The notes: generated from the sequence alone by a model not told the origin. Counted from the stretch's first letter, positions 1 through 12,800 are shown. The stretch: DNA of 34,306 nt from Octopus bimaculoides (GCF_001194135.2 NC_068990.1:83919840-83954145); one strand, 5' to 3'. A program made the numbers and translations.

Positions 1-379
1 CATCTTAAAAAGGTCGGATGAAATATAATTAGGAGTCGAATTAGTTTGGCAAGTGATACGAGTAAAATTTAAATTGTATCAGTGATTAAGTAGCCGAATT
101 GCAACAAAAATGTTGACACCTAAATAAATGGATGAAAAATAAAAACTAAAATAGCTATAAATATATATAAATAAAATGTATTTCTAATTAATTTTACTTA
201 GTGATCATATCTGACCTATGTTCCCTGGAATTATTTCAGCAATAACCGAATGGATACTAAACCTTTTACCCATTTCATTTAGAAGGGTAGATTAAATGCC
301 TTTACATTATTGCATTCTGACCGAATAAAATTTCAGTTTAACTTAAATATACCAATACTATGGTGGATTGATTCAATCA

Positions 380-435
380 GTTACTGGAATGAGAAGTCGT
401 TACTGGAATGAGAAGTCGTTACTGGAATGAGAAGT
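380..435. repeat. 19-bp tandem repeat (gttactggaatgagaagtc) x~3
   Basis: Directly visible. Confidence 0.9.
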
Positions 436-885
436 TATTATGTAATACAATGTTTTAATTCTCAATTTAGATTATTAAATAAGTCTCGCATATCTAGAAA
501 CATTAAACAGTGAAGTGGAAGTCCGGCATAATGTTTTAGTTGTTTCCCTCATTTAAAGAATTCATCACTGCCTGAGTTCACATATCTCTACTCTCTGTTT
601 AAAACAAATTTGAACATATTTTAGTAGAATAAGACTTCATATATTTACTTTTGACATACCTGTCACCATGTAATTCCTATAAATTAGAGTTTTGTTTTTG
701 TGATTAAGCTGACATTTGAAATTACTTACTCGACCAAGCTGAGTTAAGATACTTTATTTATTTATACAAGAGACATATTTTTTTAATTTCTTCAGTTATG
801 TTATATTGGTAAGATATTACATAACATTAAGATTAATAACGATAACCTAAAACTCATGTAAAAATAAATCTCCTCTTTGATACAG

Positions 886-957
886 ATACCTGGGAAATAA
901 TATGATTACAAATTTTGAAGATGGTTCCTTGCAAGGACTCAGCAATTTACAGAATCT
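886..957 (+). CDS. LRR exon 1 (72 nt, phase 2-2): YLGNNMITNFEDGSLQGLSNLQNL
   Basis: tacag acceptor, gtaagt donor; LxxNxIxxxxxxxxxxLxxLxxL pattern. Confidence 0.9.
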
Positions 958-2102
958 GTAAGTCGAGTATATTATTCACTAACACAGTATTACATATATG
1001 TGGGGGGTACGTGCGTGTGTGTGTATGCGTGTGTGTGTATGCGTGTGTGTTTGTGCGTGTGTGTGTGTTTTCACACGCGTGTGTCTAGCAGAGACACGTC
1101 ATACATTTTTAATCTGATACAGATCCTAATCTTGTTTCATACACAAATCTCTCATCCAGCCAGCACTATATCTTTCTCAAGATGTTCCTAATTTCTTTCT
1201 TGCCTTCAGCCCCAACCGTACACTGCCATTTAATCCTGTGGTCGCTCTCTAATCAAAGCAACAAATCTGACATCTTCGTGTACCTGCATACCTTTTGACA
1301 ATTTAAATCACCTAATTAGTCGCAGTTAATACACCATCGTTTCAGTGTCATAATAAACAATTGCGACCAGGATCTTCCCATCCGCCACCTAATCAAAGCC
1401 ATAATTCAAAAAAAAACTCTCAGTTATAGTTGGGTACTTTAGTAGTTCTGGAAAGCAACCCTGTTTAACACTTGAAGAATGTTACTTTCTACTACACAGA
1501 TTCACCGTATACGATCGCAAAACACGCGAGACTATTGCCAGAAAAACAATGGACAAAGTTGCAATGGAGACATGAAGCATTATCACGTGTCCCACCATCT
1601 GTTGGTTAAGCAAGTTGCCCGGACCAAAGACACTCTTTCTCTCTGACTATTCTCGTCTTCTATGACATTTTGATATCATAAAACAGTTTTCGCTAAATAG
1701 TTAGCACAGTAAATATAGCAGTAACAGATACAAAACGTAACGTAAAATAAGGCTCAATAACTGGTGAAATTTGACACGCACAATAGACATTTATAATAGA
1801 TACTGACTGTCTGACTTTATAGTGGTCTCTCATACCTCTTTATCACGTGGGAAGAGAAGTATCATTTTCACTGCAACAAATCCGCATCGATGTATTAATG
1901 AGGTGTGCATGATTTCCGCACATCACCGTCTGCAGACGCCCATCTACATAGATATTTTCATTAATATCAATATTTATAATGATTTTTTGTTTTGTATTAA
2001 GCTTTTCTTTTTCTTTGAAACAAATTGTTTAGGCTTAACATTTTACATTTTATCACAGATCTGCTTTATATCATGTCTTGTGAACTCACTTTCATATTGC
2101 AG

Positions 2103-2171
2103 ATTACTGGAAGATAATAAAATCAACAATATAGAGGGAGCTTTCAAAGGCTTGGTCAATTTACGGATCTT
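2103..2171 (+). CDS. LRR exon 2 (69 nt): LLEDNKINNIEGAFKGLVNLRIL
   Basis: ttgcag acceptor, gtaagt donor; LRR consensus; forms the end of ORF 1822-2175. Confidence 0.9.
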
Positions 2172-2249
2172 GTAAGTGGGCTCAGAATTGTCAACATATT
2201 TTCATTAACACTACCATTTAAAATCTGTTTTCTCTCTTTACCTCTCACC

Positions 2250-2257
<8 letters not shown>

Positions 2258-2315
<58 letters not shown>

Positions 2316-2331
2316 TTCTCTCTCTCTCTCT
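2258..2331. repeat. (CT)n(TA)n(CT)n microsatellite
   Basis: Directly visible. Confidence 0.9.
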
Positions 2332-2651
2332 CCGTTCAGATATAGTGAAAGTATGGTCCATCGTTATCCAAAGCTTTAACAAATTGCTTCATAATGCCAA
2401 GTGTGAGAAGGAATGGAGGTAGGATAATTTCTCCCGGTTGAACTAAAGATTCTTCAACCTCATTAAAAGAACCTGGAACTAATGATCGCTGTGGCCATTC
2501 TTTGATCACCCAATATCTTCCCTGCTGGCCATTTTACTGAAAAAAGCATGGAAATTTGGTGCGTCTACTTTGTTGCCCAAGGAGAAAATTAACCTCATTG
2601 AAGTTCACACATATCAGCCCCGATGATTGCAGCACTTAATTCTCTCTAGCA

Positions 2652-3220
2652 CTGCTTTTACCATCTCATATTTATCTGCTAGTTTTGCAGAGTGAGCAAC
2701 TGGAACAGCAGCCAATATATATTTTCCTTATGAAGGCACATAATATTTCAAATTCTATCACATTTACATGACTGAGTGTGTAAAAAAGATTGTAAAATTG
2801 TTGCTTCAAATGTTATATAATTTTTTTTTATATTACAGAGAACTGAGAAATAATAACATTACGACCATTGACGAAGGGTCCTTCCAGTCCCTTTCCAATT
2901 TAAAAGAACTGTAAGTTAAATGCACTTATGTTTTTCTTTTCTCACTAATACTGCATTCCTAAGCTTGATCACTTTCCTTCACATCTCCCTCCCAATAAAC
3001 ATTCCTTGTCTGTCTTCAGTCCACCAGCTGATTTTCCCGTAGCTGCGCTACAGCCTGTATGGCCAATGCCATGAGAATCTCACTCACTCTTCAAAACTGG
3101 ATGGCGTTTATCCAGCTTTGCAGCTCCTGCTTTCACCAGTTCATATTTATTTGCTGGTTTTGCAGAATGAGCAACTGAAACAGTAGCCAATATATTTTCA
3201 TTATGAAGCAGAAAATATTT
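2652..3220 (+). repeat. Pair of diverged ~95-bp direct repeats (2652-2748, 3127-3220) bracketing LRR exon 3
   Basis: ctgcttt...tcatatttat.tgct.gttttgcaga.tgagcaactg.aacag.agccaatatat occurs twice. Confidence 0.8.
2839..2910 (+). CDS. LRR exon 3 (72 nt): ELRNNNITTIDEGSFQSLSNLKEL
   Basis: poly-T plus ttacag acceptor, gtaagt donor; LRR consensus. Confidence 0.92.
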
Positions 3221-3399
3221 TGTCCAGTGCGCAAAAGATACTTTCGAGCATTACACGGCCTTTAAGATTTCCCGTCTTCCAAAACCCAACCGGATTTCTT
3301 TCCTTTGCCAAACGATTTTCCGCCAACTTCGTGGAGACCTCTTTACCTCTTTTTCTGAACAATAAAGTTCTGTAAGTAGTTATCCCATGGGAAAAATTA

Positions 3400-4400
3400 T
3401 TACTATCATTGTCGTATTGTATCTAATTACAAACTACATTCTCTTGACCAATTCTTTCCAAATCTATCCCTATTCCACTACGATAATGTTCTCTTTCCTC
3501 ACACAGCATGCCAAATGTTACTTTAAACAAACAAGGCCTCTCCAATTATACTTAAATATTGCACCTCAGTTCTTGCTTCCTCACTCTGTGACTCTCTATA
3601 TGGATACGGGGATATACCGTGATATTTGGAGGCCAGCTTCAGTGTCTCATCCAAAATAAGGGGTACACCTTCCGAACCCACCATGTTACTCTCATTTCTA
3701 ATCTCTCCAAGGTTATGGAGGAGACAGTCATAAACAATGTTGTTCTCCATGACCTTGAAGATCTCTCCCACTCTCTCTCTTTCTCTCACCCTTTCTCTTT
3801 CTCTTCCCTGAATAACCACAGTACTGCTTCTGAGTGTGGGACTCAGCTAAAGCCGAGTTACTCGATATGCTTGGTTTCGCTATCGTCGGGGATCTCTCCT
3901 GGTAAAGTATATCTTCCGTAAAGACAGGAATGCATCCCCAAAGACAAGCTCGACTCTTTAGGGTCAAAAGGTATTTCAGCCTCAAGCGGTTGTAAACACT
4001 CTACAAGTCTCAGGAAAAGCCCACATGAGGGTACCGTGCGCCTGCATCTGGGACAGTGCTGCTGCTCTGCACACATCCAGTGAAGGGTCACTCACCCAAC
4101 AGGTATTCAATCACTAACAGAAACATCCCAGCTTCTGGTGCACAAGGCATACTGGCATGCTGACACCTCTCTCTGTCTTTCTTATCGCCACTATAATGTA
4201 CTCTATTCCTTGGAGCTAACTGGATTTGTACATCTACTGCCAACGTACGTCATCTCTCGTTACACTTGTTGCATCCAACTTCTCGGCTTAATGCGAACCA
4301 CGATCCCCGGACTTTTCTTACCAGAACATCAGTTCATGGCCATCATCTTTCCGCTAATGTCTTCCCTGTAACTGTTGACCTGTAACAGTTAGGTTAACGG
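3400..4400 (-). mobile_element. Possible highly degenerate Gypsy-type pol (RT-RNase H) remnant
   Basis: Minus-strand peptides FDPKE, HSCLYGRYTL, PDDSE and QYLSIIGEALFV loosely resemble Gypsy RNase H motifs; many stops. Confidence 0.35.
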
Positions 4401-4417
4401 CACTTACCCCACCGGTC

Positions 4418-4808
4418 GTGGAGGCGCAATGGCCCAGTGGTTAGGGCAGCGGACTCGCGGTCATAGGATCGCGGTTTCGATTCCCAGACCAGGCGTTGTG
4501 AGTGTTTATTGAGCGAAAACACCTAAAGCTCTACGAGGCTCCGGCAGGGGATGCTCGTGAACCCTGCTGTACTCTTTCGCCACAACTTTCTCTCACTCTT
4601 ACTTCCTGTTTCTGTTGTACCTGTAATTCAAAGGGTCAGCCTTGTCACACTGTGTCACGCTGAATATCCCCGAGAACTACGTTAAGGGTACACGTGTCTG
4701 TGGAGTGCTCAGCCACTTGCACGTTAATTTCACGAGCAGGCTGTTCCGTTGATCGGATCAACTGGAACCCTCGACGTCGTAAGCGACGGAGAGCCAACAA
4801 TACAAATG
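4418..4808 (+). mobile_element. tRNA-headed SINE, family 1, full length, 11-bp TSD
   Basis: A box TGGCCCAGTGG, B box GGTTTCGATTCC; TSD ccccaccggtc at 4407-4417 and 4809-4819; near-identical copies at 8542 and 33422. Confidence 0.9.
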
Positions 4809-5027
4809 CCCCACCGGTCTCGGAGAGACAACAAGCATTATTGGCTCTACCTCTTATTCCAGTGACTCAGCAAGTAAAAAAATTCATTGACACTTCTATT
4901 GCTGTAAATAAACGTTTTCCTTTTCTATTAAACTCTTTAATTTGAAACAAGATTATTGATGAATTCTTTTATATTTTCCATAGACTTGCACAACATCATC
5001 TCTTATAAATTCTCTTTTTTACTACAG

Positions 5028-5099
5028 ATATATGGACAGAAATAAAATCAGTAATATTGACAAAGACGGCTTCAAAGGCCTTTACAATTTAAAGGAGCT
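5028..5099 (+). CDS. LRR exon 4 (72 nt): YMDRNKISNIDKDGFKGLYNLKEL
   Basis: ctacag acceptor, gtaagt donor; LRR consensus. Confidence 0.92.
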
Positions 5100-6124
5100 G
5101 TAAGTTGCATCAGACTTAACACATTTTAATTTATAATGTTTTGGTAAAATATCTATGTATATGTCTCCGTCTTACTCTCTCTCTCTCTCTCTCTCACTCT
5201 CTCCTTTGTTTATTTCTTTATTTCTTTCTTCTGTCGTTGTCTGTATGTGTATACATGTCTATGTGCACGTAAGCGTAAAAAATGTATTTGCTTGTCCACC
5301 ATACACATGTCTCTGTAAGTCATTTTTATTGTTTAGCTCTATATCAGCGCTGAAGGAGAAGGGCTATGCTCAAACGCTTTTTAATCGTAATCATCATGAC
5401 ATATCTAAAACAGACAATATTTCTAGGTAATACAGAGAATTATGGCGCTGTTCTGTTATCTGTTCCTGGTCGATTTATTAACTAACCATTCGTGATGGCA
5501 ACGGTATTGTGTGGGGAAATGGGTAACAACTTTTAGTTAATTTTGGCTGACAAAGCAAAAAGACACCATGACATGTAATTGTCTCGCAAGGCAACCATGT
5601 AAATAAACCGAATTTTCTTAAAATAATTTTAATAAAATTCTTTATCTACAGTTAACCTTCACAGGAGTTTTTCTCTGTTTTGGTGGTTGTAGTACTAAGT
5701 ACATCATACACAGTTTTATCTATGCATATATACATATAGATATATATACATACTTAAATGTATGTATACATATGTATACATGTATATATACGCACACATG
5801 TATGTTTACGTATAGGATCGAGCCATATTTGTAGAACTTACAAAAGCACAGTCACATACGTACAGCTGAATGATAAGTATCTGCATTTTGGGAAGAAGTT
5901 ACCAATGAGTGCCTTGCTTAGAAAGCTGATTCTCATAATTTTAGGTTCTTTAGAAGTTTTCCAAAACTTGTCATAATATCTTAATAGATGACAGGTGCTT
6001 GTCGATTTATATTGATTAGCATAGAGCAAAATTTTAATCCCATCACAAATATGTTAATAAATGCCTAAAAAATTGTCTAATCGAATTTCATCTAAATTAT
6101 ATACACTTTTTTTTTATGTGACAG

Positions 6125-6196
6125 ACGTCTCGTGGCGAATAAAATTGTAACAATTGATGGAAGATGGTTCCAGGACCTTTCCAATTTAACAAGCTT
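6125..6196 (+). CDS. LRR exon 5 (72 nt): RLVANKIVTIDGRWFQDLSNLTSL
   Basis: tgacag acceptor, gtaagt donor; LRR consensus. Confidence 0.9.
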
Positions 6197-6289
6197 GTAA
6201 GTTGCATGTAGTTTTCAATTATACTGATTTCTTTTCCTTGTATGTTATATGTGTGTTTGTAAGCGTGACATTATCCTCCATCTCAGAGA

Positions 6290-7065
6290 CAGCACACTGA
6301 CAGACACAGTCCAACTACAAATGGAAGCTCCCAAAAATATCACGCTCACAGCGTTCTTCAAGCTCTGTCAAGATGATGAATTTGCTCCAAGACTGCTATA
6401 CAATGGAGTTCCACAATTCTATACCTGGTACCAAAACAAATGGAAAAGACGTGCACTTGGAGCACCCACACATCATCTGGGAATCAGACACACTTGGCAG
6501 AAGTCTATGTTCTCCATGCCAACTACTCAGAGTTCTACTATCTAATGCTTCTATTACACCATATCAAAGGACCGACATCTTTTACAGCCTTACATACGGT
6601 TGATAACACAGTATGTCAAACATATCACCAGGTTTGCCATCCATCTCAGCGGTCTTCTGGAATATGATGCACACTGGGATGCCACTCTGAAAGAGACACA
6701 AATTCAGTTATGCAGCTGAGAAACCTCTTCTCCGTCATGGCAGCATGGTGGGTGAGAATGTTTTCATTCCAAGGATACCTCTCATCTCAAATGATCTCCC
6801 CATTCAGTTCAAGAGACTGCAGTTTCCTGTCAAACTTAGCTTTGCAATGTCTATTAACGAAGCACAAGGTCAATCTCTAAAGGTGGTGGGACTTAACCTC
6901 TTTCAACCTTGTTTCTCACATGTTCAGCTGTATGTTGGATGTTCTAGAGTTGGTGATGGAAAGAACCTCTACATTCTCAGTTATAAACATGGCAAGACAG
7001 AAAACACAGTATACGAAGAAGCACTTAACATGAATAGTAGGTCCATGTCATATACAGAAGTGTAA
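6290..7065 (+). mobile_element. Helitron RepHel remnant, internally deleted and frameshifted
   Basis: TLTAFFKLCQDDEF..LLY..VPQFYTW, LLLHHIKGPTSF and FIPRIPL..FKRLQFPVKLSFAMSINEAQGQSL..CFSHVQLYVGCSRV (PIF1-like helicase C-terminus) are typical Helitron motifs. Confidence 0.9.
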
Positions 7066-7294
7066 AACCATTGAGTGTTAAAGCATTAGTATTACACTTT
7101 CACTTTTCGACTGGCATGCATGAATATATATTTGTGTGTATAAAAGTGAAACAATAACGTGATATATTCGCTGTCTGTTTGTGTGTGTATGTGTGTACTC
7201 TACGCAAAGCCTTTCATTGTTTATAATCTGTATCTATTTTTTGGTGACGAAATAGGTTAGCAAACGTGTATTTACTTTATATACATATATGAGT

Positions 7295-7703
7295 TACTCT
7301 CTTTTACTCTTTTACCGGTTTCAGTCATTTGACTGCGGCCATGCTGGAGCACCGCCTTTAGTCGAGCAAATCGACCCCGGGACTTATTTTTTGTAAGCCT
7401 AGTACTTATTCTATCGGTCTCTTTTGCCGAACCACTAAGTGACGGGGACATAAACACACCAGCATCGGTTGTCAAGCAATGCTAGGGTGACAAACACAGA
7501 CACACAAACACATACACATACACACATATATATATATACATATATACGACGGGCTTCTTTCAGTTTCCGTCTACCAAATCCACTCACAAGGCTTTGGTCG
7601 GCCCGAGGCTATAGTAGAAGACACTTGCCCAAGGTGCCACGCAGTGGGACTGAAACCGGAACTATGTGGCTGGTAAGCAAGCTACTTACCACACAGCCAC
7701 TCC
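7295..7703 (-). mobile_element. tRNA-headed SINE, family 2
   Basis: Reverse complement starts ggagtggctgtgtggtaagtagc, followed by ggcaccttgggcaagtgtc core; further copies at 21076 and 29525. Confidence 0.85.
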
Positions 7704-8325
7704 GTTCATATTTGTTTCATTTTCTCCATTTTGTGTCTTTGTACATCCGTAGATTTCTGCCACATTCACAAACATATATGCGTAATTAAGAAAGTTCAAA
7801 CGGCGACTTATTCCATTCAATATCATGTTTATTATAGAGATTTTGTAATAAATTATACATTACACTTCTATATTTAACAGTGCATGAATATTCCTTATTT
7901 TTGATTCTGGTGTCTTCTGCCTTTCTATTAAAAACGTTTACCTGGGAATTTACTTAAAGTGAAAACAAATCGTATGCAACAGATAAGTCGTCTTAGCATA
8001 TTTCTGTATATAAGACCTTTAGCTGTTATTTTTAGCATAACGAGTTTTCTTGTGAGGGCTTTATTTTCCTTCATTGCTTGTTTGTTGCTTCAGTCGAAAT
8101 CTACGGATGCACAAACCCTCAAAACGGTGAAAATGAAACAAATATGGACGACTTGTTCCGAAACACACCCGAGTGGGGAATAGTCCTCAAAAATAAACCA
8201 TAATTGTTTTCCCCTCCTCCAAAATTTCGGGCCTTGTGCCTAGAGTAGAAAAATATATTAGGAGATTGTATTTCACTTCTGTTTGCCTTTATGTCGTCTT
8301 TCATGATCTGTCTATCATTTTTCAG

Positions 8326-8397
8326 AAACCTTGGTTATAATGAAATAATAGATATTGAAAACGGTAGCTTCAAAAACCTCGACAAATTAGAGGAGCT
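8326..8397 (+). CDS. LRR exon 6, type A (72 nt): NLGYNEIIDIENGSFKNLDKLEEL
   Basis: tttcag acceptor, gtaagt donor; paralogous to 10970 and 13987. Confidence 0.92.
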
Positions 8398-8541
8398 GTA
8401 AGTTGAATCAAACTTGTTGTATATAAGTATGTATTGTATATATGTACAGTAAATTCCTTCGTATTCAATACCAATGGGCCATGCGAGTTGCTGAATAACT
8501 GAATTTTCCAATCTGATCATCACTTATTAGATGGTCCAAAG

Positions 8542-8931
8542 TGGAGGCGCAATGGCCCAGTAGTTAGGGCAGCGGACTCGCGGTCATAGGATCGTGGTTT
8601 CGATTCCCAGACCGGGTGTTGTGAGTGTTTATTGAGCGAAAACACCTAAAGCTCCACGAGGCTCCGGCAGGGGATGGTGGCGAACCCTGCTGTACTCTTC
8701 CACCACAACTTTCTCTCACTCTTACTTCCTGTTTCTGTTGTGCCTGTAATTCAAAGGGTCAGCCTTGTCACACTGTGTCATGCAGAATATCCCCGAGAAC
8801 TACGTTAAGGGTACACGTGTCTGTGGAGTGCTCAGCCACTTGCACGTTAATTTCACGAGCAGGCTGTTCCGTTGATCGGATCAACTGGAAACCTCGATGT
8901 CGTAAGCGACGGAGTGCCAACAAACAAACAA
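8542..8931 (+). mobile_element. tRNA-headed SINE, family 1, full length, 13-bp TSD
   Basis: TSD agatggtccaaag at 8529-8541 and 8932-8944; (caaa)n tail; empty sites in paralogous introns. Confidence 0.93.
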
Positions 8932-9167
8932 AGATGGTCCAAAGCACCTTACAAAACTCAAAACTTTATATATCCATCGGGATTATCAGTAATATTTTGA
9001 ACATAGTAGAAAGGAGAGAAATGGGAGAAAATATAAGTATAATTTGCGTAAAGAACAAGTTTTATTAATCTTATGAAATACAGGTATCTACAGTAAATGC
9101 TGTAAAATAAAATACTGTATTTTGAGAAGCAACACTCTATTTTAAATACAGTACGAATACTTCATTT

Positions 9168-9300
9168 AATCAAGATACCCTTGGCCTGAAGAGTACCATG
9201 TGGTATACACCTTGCTTGGAGATTTACCACTTCCGAGTTCCCACTCGCTATGAAACATATGCAGCCTGGGTTTTATCCATTCCATTCCTGAACGCTTAGA
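9168..9300 (+). mobile_element. Intronic repeat with degenerate type I hammerhead core (Penelope-like pLTR?), copy 1
   Basis: CTGAAGA at 9186-9192, GAAAC at 9252-9256, followed by ATATGCA-GCC. Confidence 0.5.
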
Positions 9301-9769
9301 TTTTCATTCAGATATCTGGCAACCATGGCTGCCAGCGGTGAAATATAAAATAATTCTTTACAGCTTCTCGTACTTCGATTGGAAAAAAAAAATCCACACC
9401 TTCCACCCCAGTAAACCACCATTGTCCTTGATGATTGTGTTTTGTTTTATCTTATACGGATTGTTTCAAGTTCACTTACTTTCTGTACCTCGGTCCTTGG
9501 GCCCTACATTTGTCTATCTACCTGACTATCTATCTAATTATTTCTCTATCTATACATGTGTGTGTGTGTATATGCATATATTTATGTACGTAAGCATGTA
9601 TGCATGAAAATACAACACACACATACATATATACACATTCATAAAAATATACATATTCATACTAACGTATACATACACAGGAACTTCTTTCATCCCATAT
9701 GGGTAAGTGAACGACGAACAACCGGTGCATTTCAATTCCGTTTGTTACATATACCCTTACATATTTCAG

Positions 9770-9841
9770 AGACCTGAGAGGCAATGGAATTAAGAACAAC
9801 GGAAATGGTTCTTGGGAACAACTTCGTAATTTAAAGAAATT
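9770..9841 (+). CDS. LRR exon 7, type B (72 nt): DLRGNGIKNNGNGSWEQLRNLKKL
   Basis: tttcag acceptor, gtaagt donor; paralogous to 11524, 13362 and 14924. Confidence 0.88.
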
Positions 9842-10018
9842 GTAAGTTGGGTGTATTTTCCTTGTGACTAAGTTTATTAGATTTTATATTTCTACAAACA
9901 TACGCACCTATACATATATCTTTATGTCATTATTCAGTTCAAAATTTCTTACCAATAGAGAAAGAGTTTGTTTCTACCCGAAATCCAAGGCTTGTGTGTA
10001 TGCATGTTTTGTATGCAT

Positions 10019-10066
<48 letters not shown>

Positions 10067-10693
10067 NNNNNNNNNNNNNNNNNNNNNNNNNNNNNNNNNN
10101 NNNNNNNNNNNNNNNNNNNNNNNNNNNNNNNNNNNNNNNNNNNNNNNNNNNNNNNNNNNNNNNNNNNNNNNNNNNNNNNNNNNNNNNNNNNNNNNNNNNN
10201 NNNNNNNNNNNNNNNNNNNNNNNNNNNNNNNNNNNNNNNNNNNNNNNNNNNNNNNNNNNNNNNNNNNNNNNNNNNNNNNNNNNNNNNNNNNNNNNNNNNN
10301 NNNNNNNNNNNNNNNNNNNNNNNNNNNNNNNNNNNNNNNNNNNNNNNNNNNNNNNNNNNNNNNNNNNNNNNNNNNNNNNNNNNNNNNNNNNNNNNNNNNN
10401 NNNNNNNNNNNNNNNNNNNNNNNNNNNNNNNNNNNNNNNNNNNNNNNNNNNNNNNNNNNNNNNNNNNNNNNNNNNNNNNNNNNNNNNNNNNNNNNNNNNN
10501 NNNNNNNNNNNNNNNNNNNNNNNNNNNNNNNNNNNNNNNNNNNNNNNNNNNNNNNNNNNNNNNNNNNNNNNNNNNNNNNNNNNNNNNNNNNNNNNNNNNN
10601 NNNNNNNNNNNNNNNNNNNNNNNNNNNNNNNNNNNNNNNNNNNNNNNNNNNNNNNNNNNNNNNNNNNNNNNNNNNNNNNNNNNNNNNNNNNNN
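10067..10693. other. Assembly gap flanked on both sides by (TA)n
   Basis: N run. Confidence 0.97.
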
Positions 10694-10969
10694 TATATAT
10701 ATATATATATATATATATATGCGTGCATATGTATGTATGATGATAAAGATGCATTTGTGGTGATGGGTGTATGTGTACATATTATATTCTTCTGCTTACA
10801 CATGTTGTTCCTTTATTCTTAGCTTATCTCAGATCTCCGGTTTCCTCTCAGTTATTCCTATTCTATACAACCCACCTTTCCTACCACAATCTCAATAACT
10901 CTTCTTCATACTTTAATGTCCACTAATGATCTGTCGTTTCATTTTATGGTTTGTCTTTTCATTTTTCAG

Positions 10970-11041
10970 AAAACTTGCTAATAATCAAATATCGAATATT
11001 GAAAAAGATAGCTTCAAATACCTTGACAGTTTAGAGGAGCT
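10970..11041 (+). CDS. LRR exon 8, type A (72 nt): KLANNQISNIEKDSFKYLDSLEEL
   Basis: tttcag acceptor, gtaagt donor; LRR consensus. Confidence 0.92.
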
Positions 11042-11523
11042 GTAAGTTGAATCATACTTGTTGTGTATGTGTATGCATTTTATATATATACAGTAAACTC
11101 CCTCATATTCAGCACCAACAGTGTCAGGGAGTTGCTGAATAACTAAATTTTCCAGATATAGGATCACTTATTAAATGGTCCAAAGTACCTTACAAAACTC
11201 ATTAAAATTCTAAATATCTAGTGCGCGGATTCGCCCTTGTATGTCATTGTGACATACAAAATGGAGTGTTGCTTCTCAAAATACAGTATTTTGTTTTACC
11301 ACACTTATTGCATGTACATGTATTTTTAAGATTAGTAAAACTTATTTTTTCTCAAACTATACTTATATACACACACATACATATATACACATTCATAAAA
11401 ATAAACATATTTATATCAATGTATACATACACACGAACTACTTTCATCCCATATACATGAGTGAATGACTAAAAACCGGTGCATTTCAATTGCCTCTGTT
11501 ACATATACTCTTACATATTTCAG

Positions 11524-11595
11524 AGACCTGAGTGGCAACAGAATTACGAACATTGGCAGTGATTCTTGGCAACACCTTCAGAATTTAAAGAAATT
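11524..11595 (+). CDS. LRR exon 9, type B (72 nt): DLSGNRITNIGSDSWQHLQNLKKL
   Basis: tttcag acceptor, gtgagt donor; LRR consensus. Confidence 0.9.
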
Positions 11596-12070
11596 GTGAG
11601 TTGAGTATATTTTTGCCTGTGATTCTATATTTATTAGATTTTATATGTTTCTACGCACATGCACACATAGATATACATATATTTTTATATGACATTATTC
11701 AATTTTATTTCAACATTTCTTGCCAATTGAGAAAGAGCTGGTTTCTAACTTAGATTTAAGACTCATGTGTATGTATGTTTATATGCATGTATATATTTGT
11801 ATATATATGTGCATGGTATGTATGTATGTATGTATGTATGTATGTATGTATGTATGTATGTATGTATGTATATATGTATGTATTAGAAGGTTTGGAGGTG
11901 ATGTATAAGAATTATATATTAGAAAAAATAATAATAAGGTACTCAGATATCTGGATGGTTGTACATTTACAGATTTTTATTAATATGTCACATGTTTTTA
12001 TAAATTAGCGCTTGCATCTATTCTTGTAGATTCTTCAGATTTAATTTTTCTTCAGAGGTGTATATTGCAG

Positions 12071-12171
12071 GCTATTCTTCAGGGTAAGGGTATTTTGATT
12101 CGAATGAAGTTTACATTGTCGTTAGGTGTCCCATGTTAACAAACGAAGGATCCGATCAGAATGCGTAGAGA
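12071..12171 (-). repeat. Truncated inverted copy of the hammerhead-bearing repeat
   Basis: Reverse complement aligns with 12614-12714 at roughly 80% identity by eye. Confidence 0.8.
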
Positions 12172-12613
12172 ACCCAGTTTGAGTGGAGTATATAACTTTG
12201 AAGAGAAATTAGGAATATAAGAAAAGAACAAAGAACAAAAATATGTATCGGGGAGACTTACAAAGACAATATCACATATAGTTTTATACCTTGGTTTGTA
12301 GCCAATTGGAAAAGATCCTGTTTGTAACTTCATTGAAATTTCGACAACACAACAGCTGTGCGTGTATGTCTCTAGTTGCAAGGATTTGGGGTGAATGCCT
12401 GTACAGATCTACATGATTGGTTTTGTGTATGCATTTTATGTATGCATACTCATACGTATACTTGCAGGTCTAGACATGTGTATATTTATTTACATATTAA
12501 AGCTTTAGAAACTATTGTACATTTTTGATAACGTCATTCATTGCTTTATCTATAGTTTTCTAATCAGCATTCCTCGTCCTGTTTTGGATGTTTGAATGAA
12601 CGTATGTATACGC

Positions 12614-12800
12614 TCTCTACGGATTCTGATCGAATACTTCACTTGTTAACATGCGCCTTCTAACGACAATGTAAACTTAATTTAATCAAGATACCCTTAG
12701 CCTGAAGAGTAGTCTATGGTACATACCTTGCTTGGATGTTTACCACTTCTGGGTTCCCACTTACTATGAAACATATGCAGCCCGGGTTTTATCCATTCCA
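12614..12800 (+). mobile_element. Hammerhead-bearing repeat, copy 2
   Basis: CTGAAGA at 12702-12708, stem GTAGT/ACTAT, GAAAC at 12768-12772. Confidence 0.5.

Noticed and set aside
796-808. Possible 13-nt microexon (ttcag/TTATGTTATATTG/gtaag) before LRR exon 1
   Set aside because: Splicing it to exon 1 in the LRR frame creates TG+A = TGA stop.
2685-2735. Acceptor-like ttttgcag in the direct repeats as extra LRR exons
   Set aside because: No LRR pattern, a stop in the LRR frame and no donor at the expected distance.
9864-10822. Long ORFs of 250-300 aa in the track
   Set aside because: Made of X residues from the N gap plus (TA)n; the same applies to 15555-16712 and 24996-25722.
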